Source: Poseidonia sp. (GTDB lineage: Archaea > Thermoplasmatota > Poseidoniia > Poseidoniales > Poseidoniaceae). From it: 64,000 nt of DNA. Below, in pieces: positions 63,954-64,000 of this stretch; the stretch's first letter is position 1; each line of letters opens with the position of its first letter. The translations under genes were made by a program, and so were the position numbers. Location: contig JBMYQB010000005.1 in assembly GCA_049600935.1 (NCBI GenBank), positions 1,436-65,435 on the forward strand. The letters run 5' to 3'. Under the pieces are notes generated by a model. The model saw only the letters and a program-made list of their open reading frames with translations, did no database searches and was not told the DNA's origin.

Positions 63954-64000
63954 AACACCACATCGGCGTACCAGCCTGGTCCGTCGAATTCGGGTACGTC

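Overview
This is a very compact (about 95% coding), roughly 52% GC archaeal chromosome segment. I see no rRNA, CRISPR array, transposase or integrase.

Archaeal hallmarks:
- The rpo7(E')-spt4-S24e-S27ae operon.
- DtdA, RtcB, an archaeal-type AlaRS and a geranylgeranyl reductase.
- tRNA-Ser(GGA) and tRNA-Thr(GGU).
- An archaeal-type SRP (7S) RNA at the 3' end of the window.

These sit beside many bacterial-looking genes: RmuC, a Topo III with C-terminal repeats, PepP, proline dehydrogenase, a class 2 DHODH and a CcmE. There are also several giant secreted or anchored proteins carrying FG-GAP/CARDB, thrombospondin type 3 repeat (TSP3), PKD and PNGase F-like modules. This mix suggests a planktonic heterotrophic Thermoplasmatota (Marine Group II/III-like) genome; that assignment is inference only.

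The most interesting locus is 28.3-33.0 kb:
- An 89-aa ORF is translationally coupled to a family B DNA polymerase.
- By eye alignment, all three exonuclease motifs of that polymerase are destroyed and its motif C is atypical.
- The polymerase's 3' end overlaps a convergent RadB/ImuA-like RecA-fold ATPase.
- That ATPase is divergently paired with a catalytically intact Y-family DinB.
- Together they look like a candidate DNA damage-tolerance (translesion) cassette.

Other notable points:
- A lipoprotein with TSP3 repeats and a PNGase F-like domain.
- A TSP3 giant protein carrying a lipoyl/hybrid-motif-like insert.
- An isolated CxxxY-variant CcmE.
- A perfect 21-nt palindrome upstream of Topo III.
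- Convergent genes with no terminator space, three of them meeting at a TGATCA stop/stop palindrome.
- A fixed GAGGTGA + 4 nt Shine-Dalgarno arrangement that also serves TTG and GTG start codons.

All functional calls rest on motif recognition by eye. No database search was run.
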